A stretch of DNA of 64,000 nucleotides, taken from NCBI GenBank assembly GCA_950097015.1, contig CATNEN010000038.1, positions 31,186,001 through 31,250,000 on the forward strand, given 5' to 3'. The notes beneath the pieces were generated by a model. It saw only the letters and a program-made list of their open reading frames with translations, searched no databases and was not told the origin of the DNA. This DNA is from Macrostomum hystrix (lineage: Eukaryota > Animalia > Platyhelminthes). Both the position numbers and the translations under genes were made by a program. This document shows positions 23,180 to 33,718 of the stretch, piece after piece; the first letter of the stretch is position 1; every line of letters starts with the position of its first letter.

Positions 23180-24681
23180 ATGTTTTTTATTTTTTACAAC
23201 ACAATCGCTTCGAGTGCCCTGTGTTATAGAATATTCTTGACTACTATATCCTTGAGAGCGTCCTACTTCTAGCTCCCAGACACGCCTTATCTCTTGCATG
23301 GAACTCTAGATTTTTTACAATTATGAAATCACTCTATTTTTAGGGAGTGTAATTTTAGGAGTCTGACATAGCGCATGTAGTGAGTCACTAGTTACTAGGA
23401 TTGGCATCTAGCTTTCACTCCTCGACTAGTTAGCTATTGTCCTTCCTTCTAGTATAGTTGTATTCAGAAGTTCTCTAGGATAAGGGCATAACTTAGACTT
23501 TAGATCTAGCAGCTACAGACAACTCTTGGACTAGAGAATCTTAGCAATCTCCATGTACAGGACTCTTCCTGTGATAGCCTATTAGTAGAGTAGGCAGGCT
23601 TTTTGATAAGAGCTTGCTTCTTAGCTCCTTAAGATAGCTCCATTGTCACTCTTTAGAAGTGCCAACTTATTTTAGTGTGGAACATTGTCCACCTAATGTG
23701 TCTCTGAGTCTCAAGTTTCAGATAATTTTTTAATGTCTATGGCAAGAGAAGTCTTACATGACAATTGATCATTCTAAATTATGTCGCAGCATCTGTAGTA
23801 TTTAGTTCAGGTATTCATTTTAAGAGCTTAATAGCTCCAAATTTAAAACCCACACTTACTAGGCCTACCCTTAATCAGTTTTATGCTTGCCAACTTCTTG
23901 AGTAATTAAAGTGAGACACCACATGCAATTTTTCACTTACCTAAGCAATTGAGCAACACACCTAGACCTTTCTAGGCTCTTAGCCTATACTCCTTGAACC
24001 AAACCCTATACTCCTCTTGACTCATAATCTATATAGAGGACACAAATTTAATCCACTTCTTATTAAGAGCACTTTTACCTACTAGCTACTAGGTCTTTTA
24101 TCTCGATTATGTAAAAAGTCATTAAAGTACATTGATTTATTTTTAGATTTAGATAGTCTAGTCCAGGAGAGAAAAGTAAAGTCTTGGCCAGCAGACCTAC
24201 ACCAGATTTACTTGCCTGACCTGAAGTCTGAGGGCAGTGGCCCAGCAGCCAATAAGAATGCAGCCCTTACAAGAGCACACACTGGGGCTTAAGAACTTGC
24301 AAGGTTTCCAGTCAAAAAATCAACTTAACTTGTAGAGACCTAGGGTAGCAAACCACACTTTGGAATCAAATACTTGAAAAACTAGGCTACTATCAGCTTT
24401 TAGTTTTTACAAGGGGTCATTTTAAAGCTTAGTCTATAAAAAATGGCTAAAGTTTTGTAAGATAAATGAATATGTGAGCTTATGGAGTCAATTTGAATTT
24501 AAGACTTATTTAGGGCCTAACGAGGACTACATTAAGAGGATTATGAAACCTTTTTTGATAGGAATATCTCAGGAAAGAAACTATTTTTTATCACCAAGCA
24601 GTTTTTTAAGCTGAGTTATATATAAGAAAGCTGCTAAAATTGTTGCAGGACTCAAGCTTGGGTGTGGCATCTGAAACTGAT
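23180..24681 (-). pseudogene. Putative hypermutated two-exon pseudogene, product unknown
   Basis: Candidate exon 24681..23941 (741 nt, tttcag acceptor, TAG|gtaagt donor, phase 0) joins a second exon from 23692. The frame has no obvious frameshift, but about 28 TAA/TAG and only 2 internal TGA. The region is almost devoid of CpG. Confidence 0.4.
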
Positions 24682-26306
24682 CTGAAACATAAATTTTGTT
24701 ATCTGGTAGACTGGTACTATGTATTCATTTTATTGACTACTTATACTTTTATATTAAAGGCTAATTCACACTGCCAAGGCTAGAACACACACAGATATAC
24801 TTTAGTAACAATAATAGCTACTTAAAAGGGCAATCAGCCCAGACCTAGTGAAAACCTATTCTAGTCCAGTTTATACTTGCTATTGTCATTGACACTCCTA
24901 ACTAGCTATAGGCTGGCCTATAGTTTAGGCTATAATTTATATAGCCTAACTGGGCTATAATAGGCTAGAACTTAGCAGCTTTATGATGTACTGTGGTGCA
25001 CAATTAATTAAAACCAACTAACAAAAAAGTTTGTTTTATATATTTTATAGCCTAGGCTAGGGCAGGCCTATAGCCAATAATAGCCAATATAGACAACTTG
25101 TCAAATTATAAGCAAAAAAGGACAGAACAAGACACTTTTTAATAGCCTAGATAGAATGAGAAAATTTTAGTTGCCAGTCGAGTCGAGTGTAGTCTACATA
25201 GGCCTACTAGGCCTAATTGCTAAAATTAGGCCAACTGCATGATAACAAGTGTTATACAGCTAGTTTGGAATGTCAGATTGGGTGAAAGGTGTGTAGACGT
25301 GACTCGTGATCGTGAGGTTGGCGGAATTTTAAGTTTTTGAGGGTTTCAGTCGGCGCAACAAAAGTTCGGTAAGGGGTAAAACACTACCCGAAAAATAGGG
25401 TAAAAGGCTACCCAATGATTTTAGGCGTCTACCCGCTTCAAATCGTCCAGAAAATGCGCCTAACCTATGCAGCTTCTAGTTTGGAATTTTCTTAGGTAAA
25501 AAACTGAAAGATTATGATGAAATTCACGTTTATTTCTGTTGGTAGTGTTTTACTCCAAAAAGCTACCCAAAACTACCCGACCCCTACCCCCGTCATTGAG
25601 AATCGAAAATCAATGGCTAAGCTTACTTTTACATCTTCTGCCATAATGTGTAATATCAAGTGGTTTTAACTTGCATAAGCAAAGTTAGGGTAATGGGTAA
25701 TTTGTTTTACTGTATTTTACTTTCGCATTTTTTAAACGTATAAATCTTAATCTTATTTAGAAACGCTAAACGAATAATATTGCCAAGATTCATATACAAT
25801 GTTATAAGAAATAATGCAGCTTTTTCAGTTCGAAAGCTACGATACTGCAGGTGTAGTGAAATTGCGATAATCTTTTCTTATCGTGTCAGTGATTTCTAAT
25901 CTGAGTTTTGGCCAACAACACACTAAGGTGATATATTATCAAAGTGCATCTAACTTAATAGACTTTATAATTCCGTTAACTAAATAATCTTATATAAACA
26001 GCAATAAAAACTTATGTCCATTTATCTATAGTAATATCAACAGCTATACATATATAAATATAGAACTACAAAAGTAATTATGCCTTATGCACATTGTTTT
26101 TATGTTATAAATAAAAAATATCAATATACCTTGAGGACATTGAGGTTTCAAATAAATTTATTCAAAGCAATTGAACATATTTTATATAAATTTAAACAGT
26201 ATTTGATTGCTGATTTGATTTGTTTTTCTGTTTTTATATGCATAAGACAACAATTATTTGCTTAAATATTATTAATATATTATTTCTCTTAATATAATAT
26301 ATTTTT

Positions 26307-27630
26307 AGTTGGTGTACAGTTGGCGTCAGTTGGTTTCTCCTGTAGTCCCTATTTGGTTGAGTTGGTGCACAGTTGGCATCAGTTGGTTTCTCCTACTGTA
26401 GTCTCTATTTAGTTGAGATGGTGCACAGTTGGCATCAGTTGGTTTCTCCCACTTTAGTCTCTATTTAATTAAGTTGGTGTACAGTTGGCGTCAGTTGGTT
26501 TCTCCTACTGTAGTCTCTATTTAGTTGAGTTGGTGCACAGTTGGCATCAGTTGGTTTCTCCTACTGTAGTCTCTATTTAGTTGAGATGGTGCACAGTTGG
26601 CATCAGTTGGTTTCTCCTACTGTAGTCTCTATTTAGTTGAGATGGTGTACAGTTGGCATCAGTTGGTTTCTCCTACTGTAGTCCCTATTTATTTGAATTG
26701 GTGCACAGTTGGCATCAGTTGGTTTCTCCTACTTTAGTCCCTATTTATTTGAATTGGTGCACAGTTGGCATCAGTTGGTTTCTCCTACTGTAGTCTCTAT
26801 TTAGTTGAGATGGTGTACAGTTGGCATCAGTTGGTTTCTCCTACTGTAGTCCCTATTTATTTGAATTGGTGCACAGTTGGCATCAGTTGGTTTCTCCTAC
26901 TGTAGTCTCTATTTAGTTGAGATGGTGTACAGTTGGCATCAGTTGGTTTCTCCTACTGTAGTTCCTTTTTAGTTGAGTTGGTGTACAGTTGGCATCAGTT
27001 GGTTTCTCCTACTGTAGTCCCTATTTAGTTGAATTGGTGCACAGTTGGCATCAGTTGGTTTCTCCTACTGTAGTCTCTATTTAATTAAGTTGGTGTACAG
27101 TTGGCGTCAGTTGGTTTCTCCTACTGTAGTCTCTATTTAGTTGAGATGGTGCACAGTTGGCATCAGTTGGTTTCTCCCACTTTAGTCTCTATTTAATTAA
27201 GTTGGTGTACAGTTGGCGTCAGTTGGTTTCTCCTACTGTAGTCTCTATTTAGTTGAGTTGGTGCACAGTTGGCATCAGTTGGTTTCTCCTACTGTAGTCT
27301 CTATTTAGTTGAGATGGTGTACAGTTGGCATCAGTTGGTTTCTCCTACTGTAGTCCCTATTTATTTGAATTGGTGCACAGTTGGCATCAGTTGGTTTCTC
27401 CTACTTTAGTCCCTATTTAGTTGAATTGGTGCACAGTTGGCATCAGTTGGTTTCTCCTACTGTAGTCTCTATTTAATTAAGTTGGTGTACAGTTGGCGTC
27501 AGTTGGTTTCTCCTGTAGTCCCTATTTGGTTGAGTTGGTGTACAGTTGGCGTCAGTTGGTTTCTTCTACTGTAGTCCCTTTTTAGTTGAGTTGGTGTACA
27601 GTTGGCGTCAGTTGGTTTCTCCTACTGTAC
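26307..27630 (+). repeat. 56-bp tandem repeat, inner domain of the left TIR (~23 copies)
   Basis: Unit agttggcatcagttggtttctcctactgtagtctctatttagttgagatggtgcac. Confidence 0.95.
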
Positions 27631-27707
27631 CAGTTTGTTATTTTGACTTCAGTCAGTATAATTCTAATTTTTTGGTACAATCAGTTTTCATTCCCTTTAC
27701 ATTTCAG

Positions 27708-28658
27708 TTGCGTCTATTGGCATCCAAACCAGAGGCAGCATTGCCTCCTTCTGGGCAAAATGTTCCTTGTCCAGAATCACCATGTATTGTTGTGTTTAAG
27801 TCGGATGGTATTGATATTTTAGAGGCCTCTCGGCGCCTTTGTAGCTGCATTCGGAACCTAACTCGTCGTAATGTCCGTGTATATTCAGACGCTGGTTATC
27901 GTCGATGCGGACGTGAAAAGGTTGCTGTTATTCAGAATTTGAGTAGCTCGTCAACTTCTGTGTTTTTGCACGGAATCAGTGGGAACGCCACTGTAGATAA
28001 TGATCATCGCCAGAATGGCTTCGAATGGCTACAACGTTTTGAAGCCCCGCCTCGCCCTTTTAACCGCGGACAGCTAAAATGGAAGCAGCATCTTTTGGCC
28101 ACTTTTCGGTGGCTAATCATGGAAGGCGACCCAGGCACATTAAGAACTTTGTCTGCCCTTTCAAACGCTCTATCTACAACGCTGCGTCTGCGAATTCGTC
28201 GTCGTCGTAATCAATTAGTACTGCCAAGATCTGACCAGGCAAGTAATCACCAACCGGGACATGAACGTCACGATGAACTCATTGATTTGAATGAGGAACT
28301 AGAGGACTCAGACAAAACAGCGGATGGCCAGCAGGGCGCTGACAAGCCAGCCAATGAACAGCAGGGCGCTGACAAGCCAGCGGATGGCCAGCAGGGCACT
28401 GACAAGCCAGCCAATGAACAGCAGGGCGCTGACAAGCCAGCGGATGGCCAGCAGGGCGCTGACAAGCCAGCCGATGACCAGCAGAGCGCTGACAAGCCAG
28501 CCGATGACCAGAATTTGGACACGGGAGGATCAAGCCACTCAGAAAATTGTCCGCCGGTGCCACGAAAGAGAGTGCATGAAAGCAAGAAACGGCCTAAACT
28601 TTTAGGAACGGAAAAAGCCGGTCCTCATGTGTCCAAACGACAACTACGACGACGCTAA
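27708..28658 (+). CDS. Unknown ORF/terminal exon inside the Foldback element, with 10-aa DKPADGQQGA repeats and a basic C-terminus
   Basis: About 315 open codons after acceptor-like tttacatttcag. The ORF-track start at 27546 lies in the tandem repeat and is probably spurious. 30-nt repeats at ~28310-28510; KRPK/KRQLRRR NLS-like tail. Confidence 0.5.
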   Translation: MRLLASKPEAALPPSGQNVPCPESPCIVVFKSDGIDILEASRRLCSCIRNLTRRNVRVYSDAGYRRCGREKVAVIQNLSSSSTSVFLHGISGNATVDNDHRQNGFEWLQRFEAPPRPFNRGQLKWKQHLLATFRWLIMEGDPGTLRTLSALSNALSTTLRLRIRRRRNQLVLPRSDQASNHQPGHERHDELIDLNEELEDSDKTADGQQGADKPANEQQGADKPADGQQGTDKPANEQQGADKPADGQQGADKPADDQQSADKPADDQNLDTGGSSHSENCPPVPRKRVHESKKRPKLLGTEKAGPHVSKRQLRRR

Positions 28659-30271
28659 TTTGCGGTTTCGTGCTTGGCCTTCATGCTTTGAGCTAGCTCG
28701 TATAACTCCGTTAGTGTCAGCGACTTTTAATTTCGCTGACATTGTTATTATTCGGCTACAGCTACTTAAGTATTTTTGTCGAATAAATCACAATCTAAAT
28801 ATGTTGCAACAGGCAACCAAATAATTTACTTATTCTGCTTCGTAACTCGTAAGTACAATAAATGATTGCATCAAAGCAAAACGCTGAACTGATAACGCCA
28901 TGTCACGCTGCCATCTAATTAATAAATGAAACTGTCATCGCCAGCAGTCGCTGAGCTGCCTGCCATAAATTAGTTTCGTCAATACCAAGTCACACCATGT
29001 TGTGCAGACAAAGTGTAATGTACAAAAAAGTAATTTTAGAGTAAAGTAAAGTAAAGTACAGTTTATTTGCGTTTCTTTGGCGCTTTTCTTAATAGCAACT
29101 GCTACTTCAAAAAGAGACTGCGGTCGAGCTGTATTAAACTATATTAAACTCAAAAGTTCAATGGAAACTTTTTCAGTCAGTTAAATAATTTTGCCTTCTA
29201 TTAAAGAATCAGCGTCTATCACTGACATGTCAAACTTGTCCATTGCAAATATCATATTTTTGCTTTCAGATTCAGATTTTTTGCGCTCAGTTGAGGCAGA
29301 CGAATGCCACCTGACAAGATATCCGCCGAGCGTTACGATCTTTTTAAATATTTTCATATTTTTTATAGAACGCAAAATTTCTTTAACTGAGTGGAATCAT
29401 TACAGTACAGCGGCAGTGCCGAAAAGCTGCAATAGCAGTAATGTAAAGATGTAACAGTAATAAGCGAGAGAGCAGCAACGAAATTTTAACTCGAGCCAAA
29501 TTAACTCAACAAAAAAGTAACTCAATGCGGAGGTACATTTCGTATAACTACTACGTTGGGAATCGTAGGACGTGAACCGGATGGTGACGAAGTCCCATTA
29601 CACTTATGTTGCTGTACCGATCTTTCGCCGAAATCAGTCGTAGATCCTGTAAGAAAGCATGGTGGTTGATGCAGAAATAATTAGCGATAAACCGATAATA
29701 CGCATACTACGAGTAATCATGCACTGTATGATTCGAGATTTTAGAGTACAACATCAGGAAACGTGCTAAATGTGTCTCCATTGATTAGCAAGACTATTTA
29801 ATTGATAAATTCCAACACGACGCCTATTTATAAATGCGATAAAATTGAGAGGAGATTAATAATGTTACTAATAATTCATGTTATTAATGGATCGCCTTAA
29901 ATTTTTGTCGTTTCCCATTACTACTTATTAGGTAATCCCTGAGCCTGACCAAGAAGGATATAAACAAAAATGTTTAAGTATTAGTCATCTGTGTGAATAA
30001 AAAGGTGAAATACGTAATTAGGTAATTGATTTTATAAGCGACCGAAAAGCAACAATGTCAATCAATTATCAAGGTGCAAACCTTACCGAACCGCCTGACA
30101 TAAGCGTTACGAACTGTGATACGACGCTTCCTTCCCTTCGGTAGGCCAATAACCGTTTTGTCTGCGTTTTTTGGATGACCACGACGTTCAATGGGGCGGG
30201 AAGCCGAAGGTTACAAGTTTTAGATGTCTGTGGCATAACGTCACAATGTAACAATGTAACAATGTAACGTA

Positions 30272-30530
30272 ACAATGACGGGCTGGCTGCCCGAGCGAGA
30301 CCCACTTGCAGCGGGCGCAGCTAAAGAACAGGTCGTGGGTGCAATAGCAGGCCGAACCTGGACAATGACGGGCTGGCTGCCCGAGCGAGACCCACTTGCA
30401 GCGGGCGCAGCTAAAGAACAGGTCGTGGGTGCAATAGCAGGCCGAACCTGGACAATGACGGGCTGGCTGCCCGAGCGAGACCCACTTGCAGCAGGCGCCG
30501 CAGCTAGAGTACAGGTCGTGGGTGCAACGG
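30272..30530. repeat. 90-bp tandem repeat (~2.8 copies)
   Basis: Unit acaatgacgggctggctgcccgagcgagacccacttgcagcgggcgcagctaaagaacaggtcgtgggtgcaatagcaggccgaacctgg. On the minus strand it reads open as QVRPAIAPTTCSLAAPAASGSRSGSQPVIV, downstream of the transposase remnant. Confidence 0.9.
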
Positions 30531-30578
30531 CTGGCGGAATTGATAATGCCGATTGAATAAAGCTGGTTCTTCGTCTCT

Positions 30579-30980
30579 TTAAGGCTCCTGACCTTTTCCA
30601 GGATCTCCAGGTGGGTTTAACGGAGCATCAAAGCCACCTTTGCGTCCTCTAGCACGCTTCGGGGGGCGAATCGGATGTTGCTCGTGCTGCAACCGCTTCA
30701 GTTGCAGTTTTACGGTTGTTAGTTGCGCACGGACAAATCTTGGTAACCTGAGCCGAGAACTTGGAGAAGGCAGTGCTTCGCTTTTGCACCAGCTGAACCA
30801 TGATTCAACAGCGGCGTTGGTCACGTGTGCGCTACGATTTCCTCCAAACACGGCCACACTCCAAAGAGGAAACAGTGGCATCCACTTTCGCAATACAACC
30901 TGAACAGCCTGAGGGTAGAAAAGATTGTTCAGCACGCCATTGCCATCGCTTGCTGTCACTTCGCTTGTATGGATGCAGCA
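30579..30980 (-). pseudogene. C-terminal remnant of a NOF-like/MULE DDE transposase
   Basis: NLFYPQ..KWMPLFPLWS..VTNAAVESWFSWCK..RLRLPRFVR resembles the TN-x2-VE-x-W/F-x3-K motif around the catalytic Glu. N-terminal part absent; apparent frameshift near 30610. Confidence 0.65.
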
Positions 30981-31086
30981 GATATCAAACAGCTAGGTAC
31001 TTGATATATTTTCGCATGTATTTCGTCAACTTTTCTAGGTCACTTTCCAGGTTAATAAAATCGAGTAGAATTCATTTGAAATCATG

Positions 31087-32402
31087 AAACCAACTGATGC
31101 CAACTGTGCACCAACTCAACTAAATAGAGACTACAGTAGGAGAAACCAACTGACGCCAACTGTACACCAACTTAATTAAATAGAGACTAAAGTGGGAGAA
31201 ACCAACTGATGCCAACTGTGCACCATCTCAACTAAATAGAGACTACAGTAGGAGAAACCAACTGATGCCAACTGTGCACCAATTCAACTAAATAGGGACT
31301 ACAGTAGGAGAAACCAACTGATGCCAACTGTACACCAACTCAACTAAAAAGGAACTACAGTAGGAGAAACCAACTGATGCCAACTGTACACCATCTCAAC
31401 TAAATAGAGACTACAGTAGGAGAAACCAACTGATGCCAACTGTGCACCAATTCAACTAAATAGGGACTACAGTAGGAGAAACCAACTGATGCCAACTGTG
31501 CACCAATTCAAATAAATAGGGACTAAAGTAGGAGAAACCAACTGATGCCAACTGTGCACCAATTCAAATAAATAGGGACTACAGTAGGAGAAACCAACTG
31601 ATGCCAACTGTACACCATCTCAACTAAATAGAGACTACAGTAGGAGAAACCAACTGATGCCAACTGTGCACCAATTCAACTAAATAGGGACTACAGTAGG
31701 AGAAACCAACTGATGCCAACTGTGCACCAATTCAACTAAATAGGGACTACAGTAGGAGAAACCAACTGATGCCAACTGTGCACCAATTCAAATAAATAGG
31801 GACTAAAGTAGGAGAAACCAACTGATGCCAACTGTGCACCAATTCAAATAAATAGGGACTACAGTAGGAGAAACCAACTGATGCCAACTGTACACCATCT
31901 CAACTAAATAGAGACTACAGTAGGAGAAACCAACTGATGCCAACTGTGCACCAACTCAACTAAATAGAGACTACAGTAGGAGAAACCAACTGACGCCAAC
32001 TGTACACCAACTTAATTAAATAGAGACTACAGTAGGAGAAACCAACTGATGCCAACTGTGCACCAATTCAACTAAATAGGGACTACAGTAGGAGAAACCA
32101 ACTGATGCCAACTGTACACCAACTCAACTAAAAAGGAACTACAGTAGGAGAAACCAACTGATGCCAACTGTACACCATCTCAACTAAATAGAGACTACAG
32201 TAGGAGAAACCAACTGATGCCAACTGTGCACCAATTCAAATAAATAGGGACTAAAGTAGGAGAAACCAACTGATGCCAACTGTGCACCAATTCAACTAAA
32301 TAGGGACTACAGTAGGAGAAACCAACTGATGCCAACTGTGCACCAACTCAACCAAATAGGGACTACAGGAGAAACCAACTGACGCCAACTGTACACCAAC
32401 TA
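31087..32402 (-). repeat. 56-bp tandem repeat, inner domain of the right TIR (~23 copies)
   Basis: Reverse complement of the 26307..27630 unit; the order of variants differs between arms. Confidence 0.95.
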
Positions 32403-33718
32403 AAAATATATTATATTAAGAGAAATAATATATTAATAATATTTAAGCAAATAATTGTTGTCTTATGCATATAAAAACAGAAAAACAAATCAAATCAGCA
32501 ATCAAATACTGTTTAAATTTATATAAAATATGTTCAATTGCTTTGAATAAATTTATTTGAAACCTCAATGTCCTCAAGGTATATTGATATTTTTTATTTA
32601 TAACATAAAAACAATGTGCATAAGGCATAATTACTTTTGTAGTTCTATATTTATATATGTATAGCTGTTGATATTACTATAGATAAATGGACATAAGTTT
32701 TTATTGCTGTTTATATAAGATTTTTTAGTTAACGGAATTATAAAGTCTATTAAGTTAGATGCACTTTGATAATATATCACCTTAGTGTGTTGTTGGCCAA
32801 CACTCAGATTAGAAATCACTGACACGATAAGAAAAGATTATCGCAATTTCACTACACCTGCAGTATCGTAGCTTTCGAACTGAAAAAGCTGCATTATTTC
32901 TTATAACATTGTATATGAATCTTGGCAATATTATTCGTTTAGCGTTTCTAAATAAGATTAAGATTTATACGTTTAAAAAATGCGAAAGTAAAATACAGTA
33001 AAACAAATTACCCATTACCCTAACTTTGCTTATGCAAGTTAAAACCACTTGATATTACACATTATGGCAGAAGATGTAAAAGTAAGCTTAGCCATTGATT
33101 TTCGATTCTCAATGACGGGGGTAGGGGTCGGGTAGTTTTGGGTAGCTTTTTGGAGTAAAACACTACCAACAGAAATAAACGTGAATTTCATCATAATCTT
33201 TCAGTTTTTTACCTAAGAAAATTCCAAACTAGAAGCTGCATAGGTTAGGCGCATTTTCTGGACGATTTGAAGCGGGTAGACGCCTAAAATCATTGGGTAG
33301 CCTTTTACCCTATTTTTCGGGTAGTGTTTTACCCCTTACCCAAAAGTTCTGTTGCATAGTAGTTGGTTCTATTTGAGCAAATTTGGCGAGAAGGTGGGTG
33401 GAGCTGAAAAACAATTAAAGTCGACGTGTTATTAGCCAGGATCGGACACTTCGTTTCTTAAAAAAATTATTAATGCAGATTTTCACAAAAAACGCACTAG
33501 CGAGATAGGGACTTCTCACGTTTTTTCACATTAAATTGTTGACAACTTTTATTGGAAGCAGACAAAGCAGACAGGTCTTCTCCTTGTGGTCCTTGATTAT
33601 TAGACTTAGCGTTCCTAAAATTTGGATCTTGGCTATTTCTACGAATTTGCAGTAAAACAAGTACAAAGTACAACAAACAAGACGAAATAATGAAACTACT
33701 AAGTTTCGAAAATAACGG

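Larger units (their letters stand above)
25368..33340. mobile_element. Foldback / FB-NOF-like (Mutator superfamily) element, 7973 bp, non-autonomous
   Basis: Ends GGTAAGGGGTAAAACACTACCCG ... CGGGTAGTGTTTTACCCCTTACC; 9-bp TSD caaaagttc (25359-25367, 33341-33349). Each TIR is ~940 bp of near-identical AT-rich sequence plus a ~1.3-kb tandem array. Confidence 0.92.

Noticed and set aside
26307-32402. 56-bp arrays as CRISPR or independent satellites
   Set aside because: No spacers; they are the mirrored inner parts of the Foldback TIRs.
26080-32628. Identical 61-aa ORFs at 26080 (+) and 32443 (-)
   Set aside because: AT-rich chance ORF duplicated by the TIR.
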